Source of the DNA: Sphaerochaetaceae bacterium
GTDB taxonomy: Bacteria > Spirochaetota > Spirochaetia > Sphaerochaetales > Sphaerochaetaceae
DNA length: 38,748 bases
Direction: 5' to 3'
Assembly: GCA_963598715.1 (NCBI GenBank)
Contig: CAVBWE010000041.1
Location: 1-38,748 of the forward strand
The notes beneath the pieces were generated by a model. That model saw only the letters and a list, made by a program, of their open reading frames with translations. It was not told the DNA's origin and did no database searches. Made by a program: the position numbers and the translations under genes. Of the stretch, positions 16,959 through 26,006 are shown one piece after another. Position 1 is the stretch's first letter, and each line of letters opens with the position of its first letter.

Positions 16959-18594
16959 TCTTCTTACCCTTGAAAAGAGAAAGAATACGGCTGAAAAAGC
17001 CTTTCCTCTCATTCTTTGCTTCACTGTTCTTTACTGAAGGAGCTTCGGCCACGGCTTTCCGTTCATCAGTGCGCTTTTCCTCTGCAATCCTTTCCGACTC
17101 CCTTTCTCTCTTCCTTCCGTCAGCAGTCCTTTTTCCGGAAGAGGACGGCGCATTCTTCTTCCCTTCGGCAGCTCCGGCTTTTCCGGAAGGCACCGCAGAA
17201 GCTTTTTTCCCGCCTTCGGAGGGGGACGAGAATGCATTCTGATAATACTTCATCCTCTCCTCAAGGCTCATGGACTTCAATGAATCGAAGTCCGTCTTGC
17301 TTCTGTAACTGCGGTCATCATTCTTCACTTCTCCGATTTCGCGGTCGCGGAACGTCGGCTTCTTTGTCCTGACATCACGCACGCTCGATGAGCCGTGTTC
17401 CCTCGGGGAGCGCGTCTTGGCAGGTTTTCTCTGAGGCCTGTATCCCCTGGACATATCCTCAACTTCCTCGAGGTTCTCCTCATCGGCCCATTTGACAGGG
17501 ATCTTCATTCCTATGAAGTCCTCGATTGCCTCGAGGCCGTAGATGTACTCCTCGCATGCAAGAGTCACCGCCTTTCCCGACTTCCCGGCTCTTGCCGTCC
17601 TTCCTATGCGGTGCACGTAATTCTCGTAATCCTCCGGGATATCGTAATTGACGACGAGGGAAAGATCATCTATCTGAAGGCCGCGGGCAGCTACATCAGT
17701 TGCCACCAGGTAGCTGAGCTTGCCTTCCTTCATCCTCTCTATGGTCTCCAGTCTCTTCGACTGAGCCATGTCGCCCATGAGGTACTCGGTTTTATAACCG
17801 TTGAGATTGAGCCTCCTGGACACTTCAACAGCCCTGTCCTTTGTATTGGTGAAGATGAGGCAGGACTGGGGATTGATCTTTTTCAGGAGGGACAGAAGCA
17901 GGGGAAATTTCTCGGCCTTCGTAACATGAAACAGCTCCTGGTCAATTGCCTTGACGGTCACCTCCTCAGGCTCAATGAGAATCTCCTCGCTCTGATTCAT
18001 GTATCCCCAGGCAAGATTGCGCACCCTTGACGAGAGTGTTGCACTGAAGAGCATGGTCAACCGCTTCTCCCTGTCGCGCATAAGGGAAAACATCTTCTGT
18101 ATGTCGGGATAGAATCCCATATCAAACATCCTGTCAGCTTCATCAAGTACGACGATATCGAACTGCCTGAAATCTATCTTGCGCCCCCTGGCATAGTCAA
18201 GAAGTCTGCCGGGAGTTCCCACATAGAGGTCAAGCCCTCCCTCAATTTCCCTGTTCTGCTCTCCGTAGCCGACGCCGCCGTAGAAACAGCCTACCCTGTA
18301 GTCCCGGATACCTGATGCCAGTTTTTTCGCATCCTCCTCTATCTGGACGGCAAGCTCCCTCGTCGGAGCAACGACAATCGCCCTGCTTTTTCTTCCGCTC
18401 TCAAGAAAATGTTCAAGTATGGTGATCAGGAATACTGCAGTCTTGCCGCTTCCTGTCTTGGACTGCACCATCACGTCCCTGTTTCCAAGCGTCTTCGGCA
18501 GCACCTTTTCCTGCACAAGAGTGCACTCTTCAAAGCCGACGCTCCCTATTCCGTTCAAAAGCTCTTCTTTCAGATTTAATTCAGTGAATTTCAT
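16951..18594 (-). CDS. DEAD-box ATP-dependent RNA helicase with a long basic C-terminal tail
   Basis: Motifs Q (F..C..VQ), I (SKTGSGKT), II (VLDEADRM), III (SAT) and VI (HRIGRTARAG). The ~170-aa tail is rich in K, R, E and S. Confidence 0.9.
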   Translation of the reverse strand: MKFTELNLKEELLNGIGSVGFEECTLVQEKVLPKTLGNRDVMVQSKTGSGKTAVFLITILEHFLESGRKSRAIVVAPTRELAVQIEEDAKKLASGIRDYRVGCFYGGVGYGEQNREIEGGLDLYVGTPGRLLDYARGRKIDFRQFDIVVLDEADRMFDMGFYPDIQKMFSLMRDREKRLTMLFSATLSSRVRNLAWGYMNQSEEILIEPEEVTVKAIDQELFHVTKAEKFPLLLSLLKKINPQSCLIFTNTKDRAVEVSRRLNLNGYKTEYLMGDMAQSKRLETIERMKEGKLSYLVATDVAARGLQIDDLSLVVNYDIPEDYENYVHRIGRTARAGKSGKAVTLACEEYIYGLEAIEDFIGMKIPVKWADEENLEEVEDMSRGYRPQRKPAKTRSPREHGSSSVRDVRTKKPTFRDREIGEVKNDDRSYRSKTDFDSLKSMSLEERMKYYQNAFSSPSEGGKKASAVPSGKAGAAEGKKNAPSSSGKRTADGRKRERESERIAEEKRTDERKAVAEAPSVKNSEAKNERKGFFSRILSLFKGKKNA

Positions 18595-18634
18595 TTCTTT
18601 CCTAGATTAGTTATTACCCTTTTATTTGTCTATC

Positions 18635-21600
18635 CTACTCATAGCGGAGTATCTCACGGGGCTTACTGCCGTTGGCAGGTCCCACTATACCTTCCTCTTC
18701 CATCTTCTCGACGATTCTGGCCGCCCTGTTGTAGCCTATCTTGAGACGTCTCTGAAGATAGGAAGCCGATGCACACTTACGCTCGTATACAATCTTCTTT
18801 GCCATCTCATAGAGGTCTCCTTCTCCCTCGTCATCCATGAAAACCTCATCATCATCTTCCTCGCCCTCATCATCCTCGAAGACACTTTCCTCCAGGAAAT
18901 CGGGCTTTGAATTATGCAGGGAAACAAATGAGGTTATCTTCTCGACCTCGGAATCGGAGACGAATGCCCCCTGGATTCTCGTCAGTCCCATCACGGACGG
19001 ATCAAGAAGAAGCATGTCTCCCTTTCCCAGGAGGTTCTCGGCACCCATTTCATCGAGAATGACCCTGGAGTTTATGCCGCTGGAGACCGCAAATGCGATA
19101 CGGCCCGGAAGGTTGGATTTGAGGGTGCCGATTATGACATCACTGCTCGGACGCTGGGTGGCAAGAATCATGTGGATTCCGGCAGCCCTTGCCTTTGCCG
19201 CAATACGGCTTATTGCAGCATCCATCTCCTTTCCGACTACCGTCATTATGTCTGCAAACTCGTCCATTATCAGGACAATGTACGGCACCTTCTCAACTCC
19301 CGTAATCTCTCCGGACATGATTTTCTCATTGAGGCCCTGCACATTCCTCACTCCGTAGCGGCTGAGCATCGAATAGCGCCTCTCCATCTCGCTCACAAGC
19401 CATTCCAGGGCCTTTATCGCCTTCTTTGCATCCGTGATTACAGGTGTAAGCAGATGCGGTATGCCATTGTAGATTGTAAGCTCAACGACCTTCGGGTCGA
19501 CCATTATGAGGCGCACGTCCTTCGGACTCTTCTGATAGATGACCGTATTGACGAAGGAGTTTATGCACACACTCTTACCCGAACCGGTCGTACCCGCAAT
19601 AATCATATGAGGCATCTTTGCAACATCAATCACAATCGGTTCTCCGGTAACCGTCCGGCCAAGTATCATCGGAACACGGAATTTCAGATAATCAGGATTG
19701 TTTCTGAGTGCATAGACCATATCCTTGAAGCCGACAACGGAAATGCGGGCATTCGGAACCTCTATGCCGACTGCCTGCTTGCCCGGCACCGGAGCAAGTA
19801 TCCTGACCTTCTTTCCGCCGAGGGCATAGTTTATCTCGTCCTCCCTCGCCTTTATCCTGCTGATTATCATGCCCTGGGCAAGCTTGAGTTCATACCTTGT
19901 GACCGAAGGGCCCTTTATGATGTTGTCAAGTTCAACGCTGATCCTCTGCTCGGCAAGTGTTCTTACGATAACCTCTCCCTGTTCACGTGTGTAGGAGTCA
20001 ATTTCCTGACTCAGTCCGGGGTAATCCTTGAGGACTGACACATCCGGGGCATTGTAATCCGTCATCTGCCTCATCCTGACTGCAGTCAGTCCGCCCCTGT
20101 TCGAGGCAAGATCCCCGACTCCTACTATGAGATTGAAATCGTCATCCATCTCCTCATCGCTCCTTGTTTCAAATGTACGGTGACCGTCGTCTGATGTCTC
20201 GACATTCCTGATGCGGGGGTTTTCCGGTTCAACAAACGGGATCTCCCTGTCTTTTTCCGGAGCGGTATCCACTTTCTGAGTGGTCTTTTCCTCCGCTGAG
20301 TATGCAGAATCTTTCGTCTCCGTCCTTTCAGTCATGCTCTCGGCAGCGATGTCCCCTTTTTCTTTTTCCTCATCCCTCTCCTTCTCTGTCCCGGCTTCGT
20401 CAGGAGTAAACACGGACGACGGCTGATAGGGATTGACAACTGCCGACTCATCCTCGGCGGAAAAGGACCTTCCGGGAGTATACGAGACGATGCTCTCCTT
20501 TTCCCCGCCCTTTTCCTCAAGCGCCTCAAACAGGCGGTAGCGGGGATGGTCCTTGCCTATATATGACGGGGCAGGACTCTCCGTACGCTTCTCCTGTCTT
20601 TCTTCGTTCAGAGGACGGGAAAGATCCTTTCCCCTTTCCGGAGCTGCAGAGGATGATGAGACGGGGTTATTGAGAGACTCGAACATACGGTATCTCGGGT
20701 GCGAGGGATCAAGGTTATGCGGAGCAAAGTTCTGTCTGTCAGTGTCTGATGCATTCTCCTCATCCGCATTTGCTTCCGGCGCTTTTCTGAGAGACTCGAA
20801 CATACGGTATCTCGGGTGCGAGGGATCAAGATTATGGGGCGCAAAGCCGGAGGGATTTCCGTTTCCCGTCTTCTCCTCATCCGTCTTTCTGTCATCTAGT
20901 CCGATTATCGGGGAAAGCGGCGGACGCACGGAGGTCTCATTCTCTTCCGAATTGCATGCCTCAAGAGCCGCTTCAAGCATGCCGCCCCCCCTGAAATGCC
21001 TTGTTTCGGAAATGGCCTTCCTCTCCTCGTCCTCTTCAGTCCGGATGCTGTTTTCCGTCTCCATCTCCTTTTTCAGACTGTCCATGAACGAGGAACTTTC
21101 AATCAGGTCCGTTCTTTCCTCCTGAGGTCTCTTCAGTTCCCTGTTCCTCTCACTGTGGTGTCCTATCGTTTTGAGGGAAGGCATTTCCTCGAATGACGGG
21201 AAAGAGAGAGGCGTATCGGGACTTCCGGCCATCTCCTCATACTCAGGTGCCGGCCCGATGTCGGGAAGAGTCATCTTCTCCCGTCTCTTTTCCTCCTTCG
21301 CCTTCTTCTCCTCTTCCTTTCTCTTCTGACGCTCCTGCCGCTCTTTTTCGCTGCGGATTCTTTCCTCTTCATTCTCCTTCTTCTCGAGAAGCCTGTCGTT
21401 TTCCCTGTCCCGTCTTCTCCTTTCCCTTTCGCTCTCCCTTTCGCGCTTCAGTTCTTCCTTCTCCCGCGTCTTCTCGTAGACCCTCTTCTCCTTTTCCCTT
21501 TCCTTTTCGGCTTTCTTTCTTTCGGCCTTTTCCTTCTTCTCGAGTTCAAGGGAGTATCTTCTCTCGTCCCTCGCCTTTTCCTTTTCGGCTTTTTCGTTGA

Positions 21601-22147
21601 GCTTGAGCTGACGGCGGAGCATTTTCTCCTCCTCGATTTTCTCCCTGCTCTTGACGGCGCCTTCCTTCTCGAGCTTACGCATCATCACGTCACGCTTCTT
21701 TCTCCATCTGGCATCAATCGGCTTGAGGATGGAAAGAATCACACAGAAAAGAAGTGTTTCAAGAAAGAACAGGACAAAGAGAAGCCATGGCCTGGCAGAA
21801 GCAAGCACCACGGGAAGATACGAGGGAAGCGGTATTGAATTGGATACCCTGTGAGCTGAAAGCAGCGTCAGGTAGAGTATGACGAGAAGCGCTGTCATCG
21901 GCATCGAGAAAGGACGCCTGGAGCGGAAAAGAAAGACCATGAAGGCCTGAAAGAGAAGAAATGCACCGGCTTCGACAAGACCGCCCTTCCCTCCGCTTAT
22001 GCTTACAAGCCTCGAAGAGTCCCCGGCTATACGGAAAAGTACACCGTCGAGGAGCTCAAGCATGTTCAGGACTCCGAGAATACATGCAAGAATTCCCAGA
22101 AGAGTGAGTATGCAACCGATGACAAACGAAAATCTTCCCTTCTTCAT
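18635..22147 (-). CDS. ftsK: DNA translocase FtsK/SpoIIIE with an extended linker
   Basis: N-terminal multi-TM domain. C-terminal motor with Walker A GTTGSGKSV and Walker B-like LIMDEFAD, and a gamma winged-helix domain (ASASYLQRRLKIGYNRAARIVEKMEEEGIVG). 1170 aa. Confidence 0.9.
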   Translation of the reverse strand: MKKGRFSFVIGCILTLLGILACILGVLNMLELLDGVLFRIAGDSSRLVSISGGKGGLVEAGAFLLFQAFMVFLFRSRRPFSMPMTALLVILYLTLLSAHRVSNSIPLPSYLPVVLASARPWLLFVLFFLETLLFCVILSILKPIDARWRKKRDVMMRKLEKEGAVKSREKIEEEKMLRRQLKLNEKAEKEKARDERRYSLELEKKEKAERKKAEKEREKEKRVYEKTREKEELKRERESERERRRRDRENDRLLEKKENEEERIRSEKERQERQKRKEEEKKAKEEKRREKMTLPDIGPAPEYEEMAGSPDTPLSFPSFEEMPSLKTIGHHSERNRELKRPQEERTDLIESSSFMDSLKKEMETENSIRTEEDEERKAISETRHFRGGGMLEAALEACNSEENETSVRPPLSPIIGLDDRKTDEEKTGNGNPSGFAPHNLDPSHPRYRMFESLRKAPEANADEENASDTDRQNFAPHNLDPSHPRYRMFESLNNPVSSSSAAPERGKDLSRPLNEERQEKRTESPAPSYIGKDHPRYRLFEALEEKGGEKESIVSYTPGRSFSAEDESAVVNPYQPSSVFTPDEAGTEKERDEEKEKGDIAAESMTERTETKDSAYSAEEKTTQKVDTAPEKDREIPFVEPENPRIRNVETSDDGHRTFETRSDEEMDDDFNLIVGVGDLASNRGGLTAVRMRQMTDYNAPDVSVLKDYPGLSQEIDSYTREQGEVIVRTLAEQRISVELDNIIKGPSVTRYELKLAQGMIISRIKAREDEINYALGGKKVRILAPVPGKQAVGIEVPNARISVVGFKDMVYALRNNPDYLKFRVPMILGRTVTGEPIVIDVAKMPHMIIAGTTGSGKSVCINSFVNTVIYQKSPKDVRLIMVDPKVVELTIYNGIPHLLTPVITDAKKAIKALEWLVSEMERRYSMLSRYGVRNVQGLNEKIMSGEITGVEKVPYIVLIMDEFADIMTVVGKEMDAAISRIAAKARAAGIHMILATQRPSSDVIIGTLKSNLPGRIAFAVSSGINSRVILDEMGAENLLGKGDMLLLDPSVMGLTRIQGAFVSDSEVEKITSFVSLHNSKPDFLEESVFEDDEGEEDDDEVFMDDEGEGDLYEMAKKIVYERKCASASYLQRRLKIGYNRAARIVEKMEEEGIVGPANGSKPREILRYE
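20671..20846. repeat. 59-bp direct repeat (2 copies, 117-bp period, 3 mismatches) inside the ftsK linker coding region
   Basis: TGAGAGACTCGAACATACGGTATCTCGGGTGCGAGGGATCAAG(G/A)TTATG(C/G)GG(A/C)GCAAAG occurs at 20671-20729 and 20788-20846. It encodes FAPHNLDPSHPRYRMFESL twice on the minus strand. Confidence 0.85.
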
Positions 22148-22785
22148 GTTCTTCTCCAGTTTCTGAGGATGAGCATATTTCTCTCCTCCGCATTGAAGGG
22201 CACCTCAAGCGGAACTGTCCTTGCCTCGAAGCTGTAGCCCTTCTCTCTCAGCTTCTCCACTTCATTCTCCACGTTCCGTGCCGTTCCCTTGTAGAAAAGT
22301 GCCCTCCCGGATAGAGGCTGTGCCTCAGAAGCAATATCCTGAGTCGGATGGAAGGCCCGGGAAGTCAGGACATCGTACTTCTCGCTGACAAGCGAAAGGT
22401 CGCTTTCGACTACCGTAACGTTTCCAAGCCCCAGAATGGCGGAAACTGATTTCAGGAAAAGGCTGCGGCGGCGCATCCTCTCTATCAGGAAGAAGGACCT
22501 GTCTTCCAGGAGCACGGCAAGAACTATCCCCGGAAAACCCGCCCCGCTTCCGAGGTCGGCTATCCTCTCGCCCCTGCCTGTTTCGGAGAGAAACACAGGA
22601 TAGCCTGAGGCCGAGTCGGCAACGTGCCTCAGCATTATCTCGTCCCTGTCCTTTGCTCCTACAAGCTTCAGACTGGGATTGAAAAGCATTATTTCATCCG
22701 TAAAGCGCCAGAGCTTCTCCACTTTCAGGGAGGTCTCCTTCACACCCAGTGATTCCAGATATGCGGCAAGGTCACTCTTCTTCAT
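22144..22785 (-). CDS. rsmG: 16S rRNA (guanine527-N7)-methyltransferase RsmG (GidB)
   Basis: SAM-binding motif DLGSGAGFPGIVLA, and position directly downstream of mnmG. ATG 22785 is preferred over the GTG at 22812. The stop overlaps the ftsK start as ATGA. Confidence 0.85.
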   Translation of the reverse strand: MKKSDLAAYLESLGVKETSLKVEKLWRFTDEIMLFNPSLKLVGAKDRDEIMLRHVADSASGYPVFLSETGRGERIADLGSGAGFPGIVLAVLLEDRSFFLIERMRRRSLFLKSVSAILGLGNVTVVESDLSLVSEKYDVLTSRAFHPTQDIASEAQPLSGRALFYKGTARNVENEVEKLREKGYSFEARTVPLEVPFNAEERNMLILRNWRRT

Positions 22786-24616
22786 CTTTTCTGCCGTGGT
22801 TTTTTGTTCCACCCTTCAAGTATAGCGCAAGAATCGCCGTATCGGAAACACGCACTCCGCTGATTCTTCCGGCCTGTCCGAGAGAAGAAGGACGCACTGC
22901 CTTGAATTTCTCGCGGCTCTCCGCACTGAGGCCTTCCACACTGTCATAATTGAAGTCCTCGGGAATAAGGACCCCTTCGCGTCTCTTTGCCCTTTCTGCG
23001 TCGATGTTCTGCCGCCTGAGATATCCTGAATACTTTACATCAAGCATCACCTCGCTGAGAATTCCCGGAGCATAGTCGGAAACCGGTAAAACATCATTCA
23101 TGGCGAATATATCCTCTCCCGAGAGAAGCCTCTCGATTCCGTTCCTTCCGTTCTTCCGGCTCTGCTTCAGAAGGTCCTTCACTTCGTCCATCTTCCCGAT
23201 CTTTTCCCTCAGCCTTGCCATCTTCTCTTCCGAAGCAAGCCCTGCCCGGTATCCCAGCGGTGTAAGCCTGATATCTGCCGAATCGTGTCTCAGGCTCAGA
23301 CGATATTCTGCACGGGATGTGAACATCCTGTAGGGTTCCTTTGTGCCCTTTGTAACGAGGTCGTCGATGAGAACTCCTATATAGGCATCCGTTCTTCCCA
23401 GTACGAGTGCCCTCTCTCCCTTCAGGCGCTGGGCGGCATTTATTCCCGCCATGAGGCCCTGGGCAGCTGCTTCCTCATAGCCGCTTGTTCCGTTCGTCTG
23501 TCCTGCAACAAAGAGATTCGAGATGATCTTCGATTCCAGCGACGGCAGAAGACCGGTGGGGTCCAGGTAATCATATTCCACCGCATATCCCGGTCTCATG
23601 ATTTCGACATGCTTCAGGCCGGGCAGCGTTCTTATGAACTCATGCTGAACCTCTTCCGGAAGCGAAGACGAAAGCCCGTTGAGGTACATCTCCTCGGTTC
23701 CGCATCCCTCCGGCTCGACGAAAATCTGATGGCGTTCCCTCTCTGGAAACCGTACGACCTTATCCTCGATGCTCGGGCAGTACCTGGGGCCCTTGCCGAC
23801 AATCTTTCCGCCATAGAGGGGGGAGCGCGAGATATTGTCCCTGATGATGGAATGTGTCCTCTCGTTCGTATATGTTATGTAGCAGCAGCGTGAAGGACGG
23901 CTGACTGTGTCATAGTCGAAGGAAAACGGCATCATCGTCCCGTCGCCTTCCTGCACCTCGAGTTCATCCAGGTCAAGCGAAGATGCCCTGACTCTTGCAG
24001 GGGTTCCGGTCTTCATCCGTCCGACGTTGAAACCGTACTCCCTGAGCCTGGTTCCCAGTCCGGTTGCGGCAGCTTCTCCGAGTCTTCCGCACCTGGCGTC
24101 GTATTCGCCGATGAATATCCTTCCTTCCATGAAGGTGCCGGTTGTGAGGACAACCACTTCGGCGCTGATTCTCCATCCCCTCTCGGTGATGACACCCGTT
24201 ATCGTCTTCCTTCCGTCCTTCTCCGTAAAGGTGAAGTCAACCACCGTATCCATGAAAAGGCTGAGCTTCTTCTCCCTTTCGCACGTCTCCTTTGCCAGTC
24301 TCGAATACGAGAACTTGTCAGCCTGGGCACGGGGAGCCTGGACTGCAGGCCCGCGTGAACGGTTGAGAATCCTGAACTGTATCATCGTTGCATCGATCAG
24401 ATGTCCCATTTCACCGCCGAGAGCATCTATCTCCCGCACAAGGTTTCCCTTTGCAAGCCCCCCGACTGCGGGATTGCAGCTCATGCGCCCGATTGCATCA
24501 AGCGACTGCGTTATCATGAGCGTATCGAATCCTTCACGCGAAAGTGCGAGTGCAGCTTCGATTCCTGCATGCCCGCCTCCTATCACTATTGCCCTGTAGT
24601 CTCTCATTTTCTTCAT
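22772..24616 (-). CDS. mnmG: tRNA uridine 5-carboxymethylaminomethyl modification enzyme MnmG (GidA)
   Basis: FAD motif VIGGGHAGIEAALA. Strongly conserved blocks (MSCNPAVGGLAKG, GPRYCPSIEDK, GQTNGTSGYEEAAAQG). ATGA overlap with mnmE. Confidence 0.95.
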   Translation of the reverse strand: MKKMRDYRAIVIGGGHAGIEAALALSREGFDTLMITQSLDAIGRMSCNPAVGGLAKGNLVREIDALGGEMGHLIDATMIQFRILNRSRGPAVQAPRAQADKFSYSRLAKETCEREKKLSLFMDTVVDFTFTEKDGRKTITGVITERGWRISAEVVVLTTGTFMEGRIFIGEYDARCGRLGEAAATGLGTRLREYGFNVGRMKTGTPARVRASSLDLDELEVQEGDGTMMPFSFDYDTVSRPSRCCYITYTNERTHSIIRDNISRSPLYGGKIVGKGPRYCPSIEDKVVRFPERERHQIFVEPEGCGTEEMYLNGLSSSLPEEVQHEFIRTLPGLKHVEIMRPGYAVEYDYLDPTGLLPSLESKIISNLFVAGQTNGTSGYEEAAAQGLMAGINAAQRLKGERALVLGRTDAYIGVLIDDLVTKGTKEPYRMFTSRAEYRLSLRHDSADIRLTPLGYRAGLASEEKMARLREKIGKMDEVKDLLKQSRKNGRNGIERLLSGEDIFAMNDVLPVSDYAPGILSEVMLDVKYSGYLRRQNIDAERAKRREGVLIPEDFNYDSVEGLSAESREKFKAVRPSSLGQAGRISGVRVSDTAILALYLKGGTKNHGRKDEEE

Positions 24617-25920
24617 TTCCCCAGACAGAATGACGAGAAAAGTTCTTCAAGAATGTCATCCGTCGTCGTTTCACCGGTAAGTTCTCCGAGTTCTTCGAGT
24701 GCACTCTGGAAAAAGAGTGCAATGATGTCCTCGCTCATATTCCTGTTGAGAAGAGCATCCCTGAGAGAGGATGCAGCTTCGTCTATCTTTTCCTTCTGCC
24801 GTCTGCTTTCTATGACGGGAACAGACGAGATAACGCCGTCACCGCAGGAGAGAAGCTTCACGCACTCCCTTATGACACCATCCACCCCCTCTCCCGTCAC
24901 GGTTGAGAACGATATTCCGTCGTGACGGACAAGATCGCATTTGGAATGTACATAAAGGGTATGGGGAGCCCTGTTCAGCGGTTCCTCTTCATCCGTATCG
25001 AGAACATAGATTACAAGGTCGGCCTCCTCCATCATCCTTTTTGATCTGATTATGCCTTCCTTCTCGACTTCTCCTTCCCCTTCCCTCAGCCCGGCCGTAT
25101 CGAAAAGGCGCACCGGGATACCGTCCATCTCGCACTCCGCCTCAAGGTAATCCCTCGTGGTTCCGGCTACCGGAGAGACTATCGCCCTGTTCTCCTTCAG
25201 AAGGCAGTTGAAAAGACTGGATTTTCCGGCATTGGTCCTTCCTGCAAGGACAACCTTTGCACCATGAGTGTAGATTCTCGACGAGCGGTAGGTTGAACTC
25301 ATCCTCTCAAGGCGGGATATAAGGGAGTTCACCTTCTCCACCGGGAAAACCCAGGGCTCGAGTATCTCGTCCTCCCCATAGTCAAGGTATACTTCAACAG
25401 AGGCAAGCACGGAGATTATCTCGCGCCTTATCTCCTCCGCTTCCTTTCTTACGGAGCCCGAAAGTCTCTCGATGGCCTTTTCCCGGCCTCTTTCTCCCCT
25501 GGCCTGTACGAGCTCCTCCACAGCCTCTGCCTCCGTAAGGTCCATCCTGCCGTGCATGAATGCCCTGTATGTGAATTCGCCCCTGTTGGCAATGCGGAAG
25601 CCCGCCTTTTCCAGCACGCGGGATACCGCACGTATGACGGGAAGGGAACCGTGGCACATTATCTCAAGTGCTTCTTCTGATGTATAACCCCTTCCCTTGT
25701 CGTATTTTATTACAATTACCTCATCAATTTTGCTGCCGTTTTCATCGACAATGAAACCGTGCACTGCCGTGTTCGACCGTGCACTCTCCAGCTTTCCGCG
25801 GAAAAAAGGAAGGAAGAGGGAATGAGAGTGTTCGCCCGATGTCCTTATCACCGCCAGCGCAGACGGGGAAAAAGGAGTTGCAAGAGCATAGACAGGCTCA
25901 TCCGTTGTGTACTGAAACAT
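24613..25920 (-). CDS. mnmE: tRNA modification GTPase MnmE (TrmE)
   Basis: G-domain motifs GRTNAGKSSL, DTAG and SKCD, plus the C-terminal FCLGK motif characteristic of MnmE. Confidence 0.95.
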   Translation of the reverse strand: MFQYTTDEPVYALATPFSPSALAVIRTSGEHSHSLFLPFFRGKLESARSNTAVHGFIVDENGSKIDEVIVIKYDKGRGYTSEEALEIMCHGSLPVIRAVSRVLEKAGFRIANRGEFTYRAFMHGRMDLTEAEAVEELVQARGERGREKAIERLSGSVRKEAEEIRREIISVLASVEVYLDYGEDEILEPWVFPVEKVNSLISRLERMSSTYRSSRIYTHGAKVVLAGRTNAGKSSLFNCLLKENRAIVSPVAGTTRDYLEAECEMDGIPVRLFDTAGLREGEGEVEKEGIIRSKRMMEEADLVIYVLDTDEEEPLNRAPHTLYVHSKCDLVRHDGISFSTVTGEGVDGVIRECVKLLSCGDGVISSVPVIESRRQKEKIDEAASSLRDALLNRNMSEDIIALFFQSALEELGELTGETTTDDILEELFSSFCLGK

Positions 25921-26006
25921 GGTTCCATTCTAGTCAAATCAGTCCTTCCGACACAATATGAAGCACTGCTGTGGACCGAAGTTTTTCATTCTGATAAACT
26001 TCAGTC

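Noticed and set aside
20500-21650. Repetitive DNA in 20.5-21.6 kb as a CRISPR array, satellite or mobile-element repeat
   Set aside because: The repeats are in frame within the uninterrupted 1170-aa ftsK ORF. There are only two near-identical 59-bp copies, with a 58-bp coding interval between them. The rest is codon-level low complexity (AAG/GAG/AGA), not a spacer-repeat architecture.
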